DNA from: Nageia nagi
Taxonomy: Eukaryota > Plantae > Pinophyta
Assembly (NCBI GenBank): GCA_050084985.1
Contig: JBITNC010000001.1
Location: 101,618,001 to 101,682,000 of the forward strand
DNA length: 64,000 nt
Direction of reading: 5' to 3'
How positions within the stretch are numbered: the first letter of the stretch is position 1; every line of letters begins with the position of its first letter. This document shows positions 39,710-53,599 of this stretch, piece after piece. The notes under the pieces were generated by a model, which did no database searches, was not told the origin of the DNA, and saw only the letters and a list, made by a program, of their open reading frames with translations. Made by a program: the position numbers and the translations under genes.

Positions 39710-41550
39710 AAAATTATAACATAAAATACAAATGATTTCTAATAAAGTAAAATATAAATTATGATAAAACACATATAAGAATGAAGTAAAATGCATGTAA
39801 CTATGATAAAAATATAGATAAGAAACATAGGTGATAAAATGCAGCCCTAATTAATGGAAGTAAGGTATTTCTAAGATATAATACATCTACTTAATTACGT
39901 ATGATACTATGAAGCTTATTAGATGTGATGCCTAATAGATAAAATATGCATATAATAGTAGCATATAATAATAAATGGTCAAATAAGTGATTTTAAGTTA
40001 CCAATTTGGATTTATTAACCTTTGAGTTAATGGATCATAGAAATATAATTGTTACTTACCTGGCTGATGAAGATACTCTTACATGGAATCTTTCCTGGTA
40101 TTGAACCTCAAATACTTTGTTTCACTATAATATGATGCATGAAACTTAGTGCTAATGTTGTTGGCAATACTAACATTGGAGCTCCTAATGATGTAGGTTG
40201 CAAGGTTTGGAGCCAATATCATTAAAGCCTCTTCTAAGAATATTACAAAGTATGGACAATAGATAGCTCTTGCGTGTTATAAATCCAATCTTGATCGATT
40301 GTGTCTAGAGATACCATCAAGGTTTTATGAGATATATACATGGTCCTATCAGGATGAAATCTTTATTTTTTATCCCATGCATATGTTTCTCTATTTATAG
40401 GCATACAAAATTACTTGAAAGCACCATTGTAGCACAACACCGAAATTGATGATTGCTTACATAAAAAAAGAAAAATATACATAAGATATTTGTTATGTTA
40501 GCCTTTATTTATAATAATATGTAACATAATACTACATGGATTATAATATCCTAAGGGTCATATGACAATTAGTTTGATCCCAAAAAGGGTACCAAATTAG
40601 GTGTCAATAATTTGCTCCTTTGTAAGTTTTAATGGAATTAAATAAAATTATGCTTGCAAGGGGAAGAAATAAGAAAAATAATACTTCCATAAACCTAGTA
40701 CAACTTTGAATCAATAATTTATTTGTTGATGTATTGTGCTCCATCTTTGTATTGATAATTATGGAAGAAGTGGCCATTCAGAATCAATTGCAAAGAACCT
40801 AACATGAAAAATGGAAAACACCTTCCAAAGACCATAAGAGAATCATATGTCATATTATAAAATAAAAATTATAAGAAGAAAATATGAAATTAATATAACA
40901 TCGTAAGAGCTTCATTATACATAAGTTTCGCATTTATAAAAGGGAACATTAGTGAAGTAAACTCCATCATAGATATTGGATCATATAGTCTATAACATTC
41001 CTTATCTAATAAATTTTCAACTTCTAAAATAGAGATAAAGGTAATGAAAATAATCATAAATCATAATAAGTTTGTACACAAAGTGCCCTAATCATGAATA
41101 TGAGATGGAATATAAGGGTGACTAAATGATTCTCAAACAATAATAGTGATAGTTAATTAGAACTTAAACAACATAGTAATCATAAATTATACTTTATGCA
41201 ATCAAACATAACAAAATGAATCCTCATAATGAACTTATCATTATGGGCATCCTTTTTCGTAGATACCATCGGGGATCATAAAAATTTCACAATGAACTTA
41301 TCATTATGGGTATTCTTTTCCCTAGGTACTATTAGGATGTCTTTAAATATTCATAATAAACTTGTTATTATAGCTACCCTTTACCCTAGGTACTATTGGA
41401 ATGATCATAAATATGAATGTGAACTTTGAAATCATATGAGAATGAGAACATTGGATCCTAAGAACTTATAGAATATTTAATATCATGTAAACATGAGAAC
41501 TTGAAGAACTTATGGAATAATAACAATGTACTTGAAAGTAAAAAGATAAT
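39710..41550 (-). mobile_element. 3' LTR + PPT + 3' internal remnant of a gypsy element related to 1975-8351
   Basis: LTR end AATTAGGTGTCAATA at 40609. The adjacent CTTTGTAAGT..AATAAAATTATGCTTGCAA matches 2767-2815. ~63 bp internal repeats at 41229-41410. Confidence 0.7.
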
Positions 41551-44500
41551 ATTAGATAACTCCCTTTGAGGTGAATGAGGATATGCCCCTAGTTCTTTTC
41601 CTTTGTAAATTTTCCTTTACTAGATACATTTCCCCAACATTAACTGTAATTCATTTGCAAATTAGTAACCTCTTTCTAAATAGTCATTATCATTTAACTT
41701 TCAGATATGAAATTTTGATTTTTTCCTATAATTGTACCTGAGAATCCTAAAAAGTATTCTATCTTGTTCCTTAACCTACTAGTGCAAGTGTTACTGATAG
41801 CATTGACACTAGTATGCTTTGATATTTTGATGTAAATTTTATATCAAATATATCATATTACCATGGAGATGTCACAAGAGTAATCTAAGATGTATTTACC
41901 CTATTATGGTTTATATAGTTTGGAATTAGTTTCATTTATCATTTACAATTTTGACTATCTTGGTTTTAGAGATTTAAGTTTTTTGGAGTATAATCTTGTT
42001 GTGACATTTTTCCCAAGTTTGTATTTGATCTACCCTATATATTTATTTGATTTAGTAAAGTCAAGTACATAAGGATATATGAGCAAGCTAGTCACTAGGC
42101 TTGTGTATTATGTTCAAATCTTAATTTAATAACTTGTTTCATGGTGAATTTTAAGTTTATTTGATAATTTACCATTTAAATGATGTGTAAATTTTAAATT
42201 TTATATGAAACCCTTAGTCTTGGATGCTTTTGTGTGTAGTTGTTGATTTTGTATGAAATCAATTTTAGACCATTAATTTTATGTGTAGATGGTGTGCAAC
42301 AAATTTTATCATTTTATGCTCAAAGATGAACAACATTAGTATTGGGATGCATTGCTTCCCATGCTGATGCTAAGAGTACAATGAGCATGCCCTTTGAGAT
42401 TTGATAAAATAGCCATATTTTTCCTTTATTTATTTAAGTAATGATGTAAAATTTAAATAATTAGTATATAAATATGCATAATTATTAGGAATGAAACCTA
42501 ATTTTTGAGCTAAGTTACATTTTCAGATCTTTGTTTTATAATCAACATGCATATGCTAGATCAGATAATGTTAATTGATCAAAACATTAGAAAGTGCTAA
42601 TCGATCAAAAGATCAACTAGTGCCATTTGATCAAAAGATCACCTATCATTCAATTGATCAATAATCATTCTCCTAAGGGAAGATCAAGAAATACTAATCT
42701 ATATCCTAAGCAAAGATCAATAGTAGTTGGTTTGATGATGACCAATTACAACTCTAGAGGAGGAAAACTATATTTTAAGGGTGAAAACTCACTCTTGGGA
42801 TATGGTTGCTTTGGTTGTTGAATTTTAATGCATAAAATATTACTCCATTTTAGACTACAAATAGTGTTGTAATAAATCTTTATAAAGATATGTATGCTCT
42901 TATGGAATTACATAATATGAGTGGATGCAAAAGGTTGTAGATTTACATAAGTGTGAGAAATAAGAAGAGGAGGTAAATCCTTATGAGAGAGACTATTGTA
43001 GTACTAAGGATTCATTGTAAGAATAAAGAGGAAGGTACAACAAGAGTTAGTTTTAAGGTATATCCTTTTATTTTTTGAATCAATTTAATCAAATAACTAG
43101 ATATTATTTGTAGATGTAACCCACATTAGGTGAACCACATTACATAGTTTGTCTTCTCTTGTATGTGATCTTATTACTTATTTTCTTTTGGTTTAAAGTA
43201 GATTGATGGATTAACTATATTTTTAAATAGTGAATCCTAACAAGTGGTATCAGAGCCTCTCTTTTTTGTGTACTTTACAAAAAGGTTGAAGGCTTTCTAG
43301 ATTGAATGGGGGCAATGGAAGAAGAACGAAAGATTAACTATTCCTCATGAAAAGGTTATATGCAAATGGATCAAGGTGAGTCTATCATGGATTATATTCA
43401 AGGAGATTTTGGATATATGTTTTTGGGTAATTATAAAATATGAAATATTATGGGTGTGGGGAAGATGAAGATCAAATTGCCCAATGGAAATTAATGAGCA
43501 CCCAAGGAGGTGAGGTATATACCATATTTGAGGAGAAATTTTATTTCGATAAGCAAACTTGATGGTGAGAGTTATATAGTTACATTCATAAGTTAGATTT
43601 GGAAGGTGACTAAGGGATCCATGATTTTTACTAGAGTTAATATAGTTGGTACACTATGTTTTCTTACTAACACTTGTAATGATGTTATGGATTTAATGCC
43701 TACTTGTGGGAATGTATTTATTGTACATCACAAGTTTAGAAAAGGGAAATAGAATGACTTGTGGTTTGGTGAAAAGATAATGAGGATGAAATTAATCAAT
43801 GTTGGAAAGGATGTTTCCAAGGATAATAAAAAGAAAAATATGTGGAAACCAAAGGTGAAAGGATATCTTCAACATTAGGACTTTCAAACTTTACCAAGGG
43901 ATGTTGGAAGATGTGAAAGGGTAAGCCATTATTGTCCTATAGTTTCGTATGTGTTGTATACTAATGGTGGTAAATGAAAGAATAAGTGGGATATTTACAT
44001 GGATAAGGAGGAGAATTTCTTTATGGAAGACCAATGGAATTTAGTTAAGTTTAATTGTACAATGAGGGGCTTGAGATAAAAGTGTTTGCACAAGATGGAG
44101 GTATGACCCATGGATTGGGAGGTGTGAATTGGTTGAGGTTCATAAAACATAAAGTAAAAAAGTGTTAAAGGAAATATTGTCAAAGGTTAATGCACAGGAG
44201 GAATTGGGATTTCTCCCAAGTTTAGTTGGTCTTAAGGAGTAAGATATAATGATAAGAATATTTAGATCCAAGGTTGCTATCTATTGTAAGAAATCAGTCT
44301 CTAAGTAGAAGATTATTGGGATAAGTTATATTTTTCTCTCTATTTTGTAATAGACATGCATATGGTAGATTTGATAATTATAATTGGAAAAAAGATCACA
44401 TAGTTCTATTCAGTTAAAATATTTGCTAGTGTCAATCAACTAAAAGATCACTAGTCGATCAATAGATCAATAATTGACCTCTTAAGGGAAGATCAGGAGA

Positions 44501-47500
44501 TGTCGATCTACCTCTTGAGGGAAGATAAATAGTAGTCAACCTAATAGTGGCTAATTACAACTTTAGAGATGAGAAACTCTATCTTAAGGAAGAGAAATTC
44601 CTCTTAGGTTATTCCTTGTTAATGAATGAAAGGTTTCTTTAGGTGGAAAAGTGAATGCTTGTAATATTACTCCAATTTGGACTAAAAATAAGATTGTAAT
44701 GGATATTTAAAAATATATGTAGATCTTGTACAATTGGATAATGTGAGTGGATGAAAAAGGTTGTAGATTTGCATAGGTATGATAAATAGGAAGAGGAGGC
44801 AAATCCTTATGAGAGAGATTATTGTAGTGAATTTATTTGGAATAACAAAGAGGAAGGTACAATAGGAGTTGGTTGTAGGTTGTATTCCTTTGTTGTTGGA
44901 CTAATTTAATCAAAGGACTAGATGTTATCCATGGATGTAGCCCACCAGTGTTATGCATAGTGGTGAATATTTGCAAATAATTGAATACATGGGTTTTATA
45001 TATTTAAATATTCTAAATATATGAACCTTTAATATAGCACCATTTAGCCTAACATTTATAAGAGTAAAAATAGTTTCTAGTCATCTCACCATGATTCTAT
45101 TTTTTTTAATAAAGATAAATGCAAATAGCCACTTATAACTTTATATTTTTGTAAGCAATCACCTTGAAATGATAAATAATTTACCATTAGCTTACATATT
45201 TTCCAATTATACCCACTATTAATACTTTATGTGATATGTTTAGATACACCTACATATCAACTTCTAGAGACATAATAGCATTCAAGCTTCTTCGTATTGA
45301 TGAATATTACCTGAAGATGCTCATCTATCTATTTCCTAGAGAGAATCATAATTGGAATTAGATTCTATCATATTGTAGATACTCATCTCTATTTCCTTGA
45401 TGAGAATCATCTATGGAGTTATCATATTGCATATGCTTATCTGTGGGATATTACATACATTCATCTGTAATTCTTCAAGATGCTCATCTTTATTATAGGA
45501 TTACTTATTTCTCATTTTCATATTCTTGAATACGATCATCTATGGATTCTATCATATTTTAGATGTTCCTATCTTGAGAATTATTTATGATCATATCTTA
45601 AGGATTACATATACTTATCTCTTAAGAATTGCAAATTCTCATCTCATGAGGATTGCATGTGCTTATCTATTACTGCAAATTGCAAATGCCTATATATGTT
45701 TCCTTGAAGAGGCTCAATTGAGAAATATTAAAGATGATCATCCATAATTTATTGTAGATGCTATCTTGATATTTGGTAAAACAAAATATCTCTTAATTAT
45801 TATTTTGTTATAAGCAATTATTAACATCATGAAAATTTTGACTTGAAAATAATTTTGAAAATAAGTACAATGGCATCTACTAGCATAGGTAAGGGAAAGA
45901 AGGAAGATAATCAACATACAAAGAAGAATGTTGTAAAATATTTTAGTCATAGAGGCATCAATATCTATCAAAGTTGCTGATATATTTTTACATTCCTTTA
46001 TTTTTTAACAAATTAATACTTTTAATTTTGGTGAGTCATCATATGATATGGAATACATTTGTATGCAAAAAATTTTATTGATCATAATAGGCCTCCAATT
46101 GATAATATTTTTAATGATGAAATGCCTCCATTTGAGAATATTAATAATAATAACAACATAAAAGATATACTTGAGGTGGAGATTAAAACTCCAATACAAA
46201 TTCACAAAATTGAATATGATAAAAAGAATGTTGATAGCGATAAACAACCCAAATCCATTGGAAGTGTTTGTTAGAAATCCAATAAAAAGTAAATTCATTG
46301 GTATATTAGTAGAATATTTAAGGAAAAGTGGTCATCATGATATTCATTTAGTGTGCTAGTGATGCCTAAAAATAATGATCAACTAACAAAATGTAAATGT
46401 CAAATATGTACCTAGAAATTAGGGATGGTGTTGGGTTTAGAGCCTAATTCAAGGACTAAAGTTTTGATTTTGAAGACTTTGTTTCTTACCAAACCACAAA
46501 GGGTCTATCTAGGAGGGATTGGTCAATCAATCAAAAAAATGGTATGTCAATAAGTGTAGGGGTATTTTGGATGCTAGAGTAGCATTAAGTATTCAAGAGG
46601 TAAATCCGACAGTGACAGTCAATCTAATGTAGGCTGATCATAAAATAGAGAGTGTTAAACTCCCTTTTAGATAGTCAAAACCATACCTCATTAAGTCATA
46701 AATTCATGTTTGGTAGTTACAATTAGGTTGGGATGTTATACCATGGATTCCATAACCATTTTGAGGTCAAATATGAATTGTAATACTCCTATAAATTGAG
46801 GGGTTTGGTTTGAGGTTGTATTGTGTAATCTAGGGTTTTATGTGAGATTATGTAGTTTGATGAAAGCTAGGTTAGAGAGAGATTAACAGTTTGTAGAGAG
46901 GCTATAGTGTACTCTAAATAGAGGTTTTTTTAGCAAGTTTTTGTTACTGGTATGAATTTTGTAGGACTTGGAATATTAATAGTGAATCAAGTATTGAAAG
47001 CTTCTTGGTGGATATAGCTTACATCAAATGAACCACATGAAAACCTCATCTCCTCTCCTTGTGTTCTTGGTTTATTTATTGTTATCTTATTTGGATATTT
47101 AATTTCTTATTCAAGTATATTAGTTTCTAAAACTATTTTTTTTAGTTAAAAACTAAAAAGTTGTATCAGATCTATAGTATTTTTGTTGGTGTACTTGAAA
47201 AAAAGGTTGAAGGGATTTTGAATCAAGTGGAAGAAATTGAGGATTGAATGATGAGAATTGAAAGATTTTATGGAAATAACTTTAGGTTTTGTAAAATTAA
47301 AATTAAATACTATATATACCAAATATATTCCCCTTGGAGAGAAGGATAAGAGTAATCCCACAAGCATGGATAATCCAAATTGGGAGCTCTTGGATGAAGA
47401 GGATTTATTAGTGGTAAGATTCTACTTGAGTGCAAGTGTAGCTTTAAATATTACATATGAGAAAACTAGAAAGGGTGTAATGAATAAATTAACTAAAATG

Positions 47501-49065
47501 TATGAAAAAATATCAGCTATAAATAAGGTTTTTTTTTTATTGAAAAAAATGTTTGATATGCAAATGATAGAAGGTGGATCAATTCCTGAACATGTAAATG
47601 AGTTTATTATAATTACGTATAAATTGCAATCAATAAAAATTAAGTTTGAGGATGAGTTTAGGGAATCAATATTACTATATCTATTTCTAAATAGATGAAA
47701 TAGTTTATTGTTAGTATTGAGTAAATCCATTTTAGATTCTAAGAAGCTAGTGTTTAATGATGTGTTTCAAAAACTAGTTAGTGAGGACATGCAAAGAATG
47801 ATCACAGTGGAGACATATAGTCATTATAGTGCACTTATTGTTGAGAATAAGGGAAGATAAAGAGAATATGGTGGATCTCAAACTCATGTGAATTAAGAAG
47901 GTGACTCCAAAGGTAAGATAAAATTAGAGTGTTGGTTTTGTGGAAAAAGGGGACATCTTAAAAGAGATTGCCAGGCTAAGCAATAAAATGATAGAGAATG
48001 AAAATAAAATAAAAGTAATAACCATGAGACTAAAATGGTTAGTGAATATATTGAATAGGCTTTAATATTATCTCTTGACATGCATAATGATTATTGGGCT
48101 TTAGATTTAAGTGCTTCTTATCATGCTACTTATTACAAGGGTTATTTTATAGAGTATGTTCATGGAATTTTTGGACATGTGAAATTAGATAATTATCATC
48201 CTTGAAAGATTATTGGTCTAAGTAAAGTAGAGATCATGTTGCCTAATGAAAATTGGTGGGGGATCAAGAATGTGAGGCACATTCTTAATTTGAATAGAAA
48301 TCTAATCTTTGTAAGTAAAGTTGATAATGAAGATCATGTGGTTGCATTTGGTAATAAGACTTGGAAAGTTTCTACAATTATTGCTAGAGGGGACATGATT
48401 TGATCTCTTTAATTTCTTGTTAATGCTTTTGGCAATGTTTTGGAATTAGCCTCTATAGGTGGGAATATAAAAAAATGTCATCACACGGTTGGAATTGAAT
48501 GCCAAGTTGGATTGGGAAAGGTTGGGAAAGATGTTTCCAAGGGTAATACAAAGAAAATGTGGGTACCAAAGATGAAAAAAATCCAATAAAGAGTGGTAGC
48601 TTGAGGGATGCAAGTCACCTACAGGAATGGATGGTATGCATGATGGTTGTGTACACAAGAAAAAGGAAAAATTGGGATATTTCCTAATTTTAGTTTATCT
48701 CATGAATTACAAGGCCATAGTAATAAGCTTTCAATACCTTTGTGTAGTGTGGTATAATGTATTAGCCTCCAAGTGGGAGATTATTAGGTTTGGATCCTGA
48801 TTGATGGACTAAAGTTTGTATTTTGAAGACTCTATTTCTAACTAGATCTTAGATGGTCGATCTAGGAGGGATTGGTTAGATGATTAGCTACATGGTATGA
48901 TGATCCATATAGGGATTTTTGGGTGTTGGAGTAGCATTTGTATTAAAGAGGTCAATCTAACAGTGATAGTTGGTCTGATGCAAGTTAATTAGGAAATAGA
49001 GAGCATTAAACTTCATTTTGGGTAGTCAAAACCATGCATCATCAAGCTATAAATTCATGTTTCAA

Positions 49066-50105
49066 TACTACTTTTAGTAATTTTGGATCATACCATATGT
49101 CATAAAATTATATTTTGATGCCATGACATAAGATGCATCATTGTTTGGCTTGTCTATGTCAATCTATATAAATCCATTTTTTGACACCTCAATTGATGGA
49201 TCAGTTGATGTATTTGATTGCATCAAATTATGCATCAAGTGATACATGGAATAGAAAAAAAAAGGTCTAGATCATGCACACAGATCATGGTATGATTCCC
49301 TATTGACCATTGATGCATTCCCTTAATCAATGGTGGATTTTTAATGGCATATGTGATGCCATTGATGAGTAAATAAAGGAGCTTGCCCTTTATAAGGGCA
49401 TTTTTAGTGATATAAGTCTACATTTTTAGTGATACAATATTGCAGTAGTTGATGATGAGTTTGTGTATCTACAATACCCATGAAGTTTGGTAGAGGCTTG
49501 CAAAGTTTGATGGATGCATGTGAAGTTTTTGATTGTATGATAAAATGATACATCTCATGGAATATGATAATTTTAGGTTACCAAAGATATAGTTTTCCTC
49601 AATAGGCATTGAAATTGTTTCACCAAATGTAATAAATAGTAGTAGTAGTCCAATCAAATGAATTCACCTTTCCCAGCATCCTCAAAGCATGCACTAAATT
49701 GAGAGATTTGTAAAAGGGTTTATACATACATCAAAGACTCTTTAAAATTATTTTTTTATCAAAGGTTATGGTTGTGAGTGCCTTGTTAGATATATATGCG
49801 AAATGTGAAAGCATAGAGAAGACACATGAATTGTTTGACAAGATGCAAGATGTAAACAAGAAATTCCTCATTCCTGTAATTTTGATGCTATAAATGATGC
49901 TTTATACACCATGTATAACATTAATTATTTATTTCTCAGAATATCAATATATGATGCAATACATGATAATTTAATTAATGCAAAAAATGATGCTTTGTTT
50001 GACAATACCCTTAGCATCAATTGATGTATCATGATTTATACAATGTTTTTTAAACAATACTATGGATTAACGCATGGTATGATGCAAAATCACTAAAATG
50101 TAATA
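49066..50105. mobile_element. Non-autonomous CACTA (Pack-CACTA-like) element inside the 3' LTR of element B
   Basis: ~31 bp TIRs TACTACTTTTAGTAATTTTGGATCATACCAT / ATGGTATGATGCAAAATCACTAAAATGTAATA (CACTAC decayed by transitions). Dense TGATGC/GCATCA subterminal repeats. Absent from the 5' LTR. 3 bp TSD not evident. Confidence 0.75.
49504..49860 (+). pseudogene. Captured PLS-class pentatricopeptide repeat (PPR) gene fragment
   Basis: Single frame: SLMDACEVFDCMIK*YISWNMIILGYQRYSFPQ*ALKLFHQM**IVVVVQSNEFTFPSILKACTKLRDL*KGLYIHQRLFKIIFLSKVMVVSALLDIYAKCESIEKTHELFDKMQD, the canonical S-P-L-S PPR motif series. Confidence 0.9.
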
Positions 50106-53100
50106 GTTTTTGGGGGTTATAGTTAGGGTGGGACATTATCTTATAGATTCCTTAAGCATTATAAGGTAAAATGTGAATGGTAATACTCCTATAAATTGAG
50201 GGTTTTGGTATGATATTATAATATGTAATCTAGGGAATGTGTTTTATGTGAGATTATGTAGTTTGATGAAAGCTAGGTTGGAGAGACATTAAGAGCTTGT
50301 AGTGAGGCTCTATTATACTCCAAAGAGGGTTTTTGTAGCAAGGTTATGCTATTAGTGTGACTCTTAGAGGACTTTAAATATTTATGGTGAATCAAGGATT
50401 AAAATCTTTTTGGTTTATGTAGCTCACATCAAGTTAACCAAGTGAAAACCTTGTCTCCTCTCCTTATGTGCTTGTTTTATTTGTTATTATCTTATTTGGG
50501 TATTTAAATTATTATTCAAGTATAGTAGTTGCTTAAGAAAAATTATTTTATTATAGTTAAAACCTAACAAGGGGGACAAAAGATGCAGATTAAGGTTGAT
50601 ACAATAGAAAAACATTATGGAAAAGTAAATTAGAAAATAATAGACACTAATGGAATGGTTAGATAAGTTCAAAGAGTAAAATATGTGTATAAATACTTCT
50701 ATAAGAAATATGGAATTGAATGGAATAAAATGATGGAAGGACAAAAACTTCATGAAGAAATAGGCATAACTATTACAACCCAACATAGAAAAGCTAAAGA
50801 TAAAGCTTTAGTTTCAAAACGTTTATAGTATGTTGTTATATGTTACCTCCTCAAAAAAGGTCAGTAGAATAATTACAGATTTTATAGATCATAAGGGCCT
50901 TTTTCATTTATTGAAAGTGCAACACCTTCTTACTACCCATTGGTCCAATCATAATGCTTGGGAAATGGTTAAATTTGTTGCATTGGTTGAAAAAGAAGAT
51001 TTGAAAGAGAATGTTAAAAATGAAAGATTCATTTCTTTGTCAATTGATGAGGTAAATGATGTTGAAAGCACATCTTGGGTTTGCATACATGTTTACATAG
51101 TAAAAGATTACATCATACAACCACATTTGTTAAAAATATATAGAATGACAAAAGCTTATAAATTAAAAAACCTTTACAATCTTGTTATCAATAGTTTCAA
51201 AAATATTGTCAAAATGGATGATGTAGAAAATAGTAGAAAGTTAATATGTGTTGGTGCATATGGTGCTTCAGTAATGCTAGGAAATAGGAATGGAATCAAT
51301 GCTCGACTTTAAACATTTATTTCTCTGTATATGATACCTATTCATTATATGCCTATGAGTAAATCTTGCACATAAATAGTAAGCTCACATTCTTATGTGG
51401 AAGTAAAGGAATTAATTGATGAAATATATGCCTATTTTTCGAAAAGCTTTAAAACATGTGTAGAGTTTCAACAATTTGCACTCAAAAAAACTAATGGATG
51501 GATTTCAAAAAAAGAGTATTTTAAGAATATCAATCTTTGGTAGGTTTTTTTTCATAGAAGTAGAAGAGTAGTCGATAGGGCTAACAATTTTCTATATCGC
51601 ATGTAATAATTTGAAACATTGCTCATATTATTAGGAATAATTCCAATGTTATATGAAATGAATAAATTAATTAAGATTGCTCAAGAAAAATCCATATATA
51701 TTATTGATTTCATAGGTGCAACAAAATATGTTTGTTGGAATATTAACACATTATATAACTCTGATTTTATAGATCCATTATTTAAAAATTGGGATGCATT
51801 AACTAATGTCAAAGGTCATAAATATTTTTTTGAGATTCAATATAGTTGATTGACTTTCTATTTGTGTTAATGGGAAATAGATTCCTTTGTATTATTTTTT
51901 GAAATGCAAAGAGGTGTGATCTCATATGCAAAAATTGAATTTAAGCAAGTATCAGTAACACATGTTATATTTGAAAGGATTTTATTAGAAACAAGGATAA
52001 AATTGAGAAGAATAGTAGATACATTGAAAAATGAAATCAGATACCAATTTTAGAGAGATGAATTTCTTGAAGATATGGTTATAGTGAACCCAAATTTTTG
52101 GAATCCTATTTTAGAATACATTATAACAAGTAAAGTTTTCTTAAATATATGGAAGTCCTTGTTAATCATTTTACAAGACCTATGTAAGTTAATGGTGTAG
52201 AGATCAAAGGTATTACAAATAAAAAAGTTTTGATAAACTAGTATGGATCTTTTGGCTTGATCATGGTTGGCTAGTATAAAGAATTAACAAATCCTCTTGA
52301 TATTTAATCCATAACATGTATGTGGAAGAAATTATATCCTAGTGTTATTTTACAAAAAATAATATCAAAGTATTTTCATTTATATAAACTATGTCAAACA
52401 ATGATTTTGGGTTCTATGAAAGATGAAAGAGTTTTTAGACACTATCATACATCAAATAAAAAACTTAGTACATGTTGGAGAAGAATCTAAAAAGTTGTTT
52501 AAGAATCTACATTTTAGATTATGCACTAGAGAGTTTTCCTTATGACTAAGTAATAGGATATTGGAAATCAATGAGTAGGAGAAGAGTATTAAATCAAATA
52601 GATGAAAATGATGATGAAGATGTCTTTATAGATCAAATTGTAACAATCTCAAAAGATTCAAATGCATGCACAACTGATGGGAGCAATTCTTTAATGATTC
52701 AAATGATATGTAGTATTTGTAAGGAATTCATTGCTTTTTAATACATTAATTAAAGTTGGACTTGGATGGTAATCTAGTTTTTGAAATTTTTTTATGTAAT
52801 GTACTTGAATACTATTTAAAATTATGTTGAATGGGATGTAGTTTATGAATAGTTTTACAAATTGTATTGAATGAGATGCAATATTTGAATAATTTTATGT
52901 CGTATTTGAATAGTTTTAAAAATTATGATGAATGGAATGCAGTTTATCAATACTTTTTCAAAATTTTTATATTGGAAATGGAATTAAGTATTTGAAAGGT
53001 TAGTTAAAATGCAAATGAGCATCAAAGTTTACTACAAAAAAATTTGAGTTTAAATATAAATGAGAATCTATGTTTAAACACATGAGCATCTACATTTAAA

Positions 53101-53599
53101 CTATGACATGCATTTATCTACATTTCGACTCATATGCTCATTTTTGTTAAAAATTAGATACTCATCTATGTTAAAATGCAAACGTTCATTTGTGTTTTTA
53201 CATAGATGAGAATATGAATAAAATTTTAGATGAGCTTCTTTGTAAATATGTATTTCAAGCATCTTTGTCATATTACAATTGATCATCTGGATCATGATCA
53301 TCATCCATCATTACATATGTTCATTTGAATTAGAGTAGATACCTTCATTTGAAAATAATTACTGATATACATAATACACACATTAACGATTGTAATTACA
53401 AAAAAAAAAATTACCAAATATCATATTACATACATATCCTTTAGTCTCTATTGTACAAAAAACTATTCAAAATATCTTTACAACTTGGTTATACAAAAAA
53501 CATTACAACTTATAACCCCATAATTAAATACAAATTCATATACAAAAAGTAACAACTAAAGTTCAAAACTTGCATTGACCAACATTTTATTGACATTTT

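Larger units (their letters stand above)
46429..50569 (+). mobile_element. Non-autonomous copia (Tork-like) element B with gag + protease only
   Basis: LTRs 46429-~47158 and 48782-50569. PBS-like TTGTATCAGATC at 47161. UBN2-type gag (ORF 47258-47698), CWFCGKRGHLKRDC knuckle, WALDLSASYH protease. PPT CTCCAAGTGGGAGAT at 48767-48781. TSD not clean. Confidence 0.88.
46000..52620 (+). pseudogene. Decayed ZNF862-like hAT transposase, interrupted by copia element B
   Basis: Zinc finger KCKCQICT (46390-46412) continues MQIKVDTIEKH after 50570. FISLSIDEV...KLICVGAYGASVMLGNRNG (50830-51312). hAT dimerisation-like MILGSMKDERVF at ~52401. Confidence 0.85.

Noticed and set aside
49504-49860. Functional PPR gene
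   Set aside because: It has five in-frame stops, only about three motifs, and is enclosed by TIRs inside an LTR.
46421-50575. TSD for copia element B
   Set aside because: The flanks GATGG and AGGGG do not match well enough to claim one.
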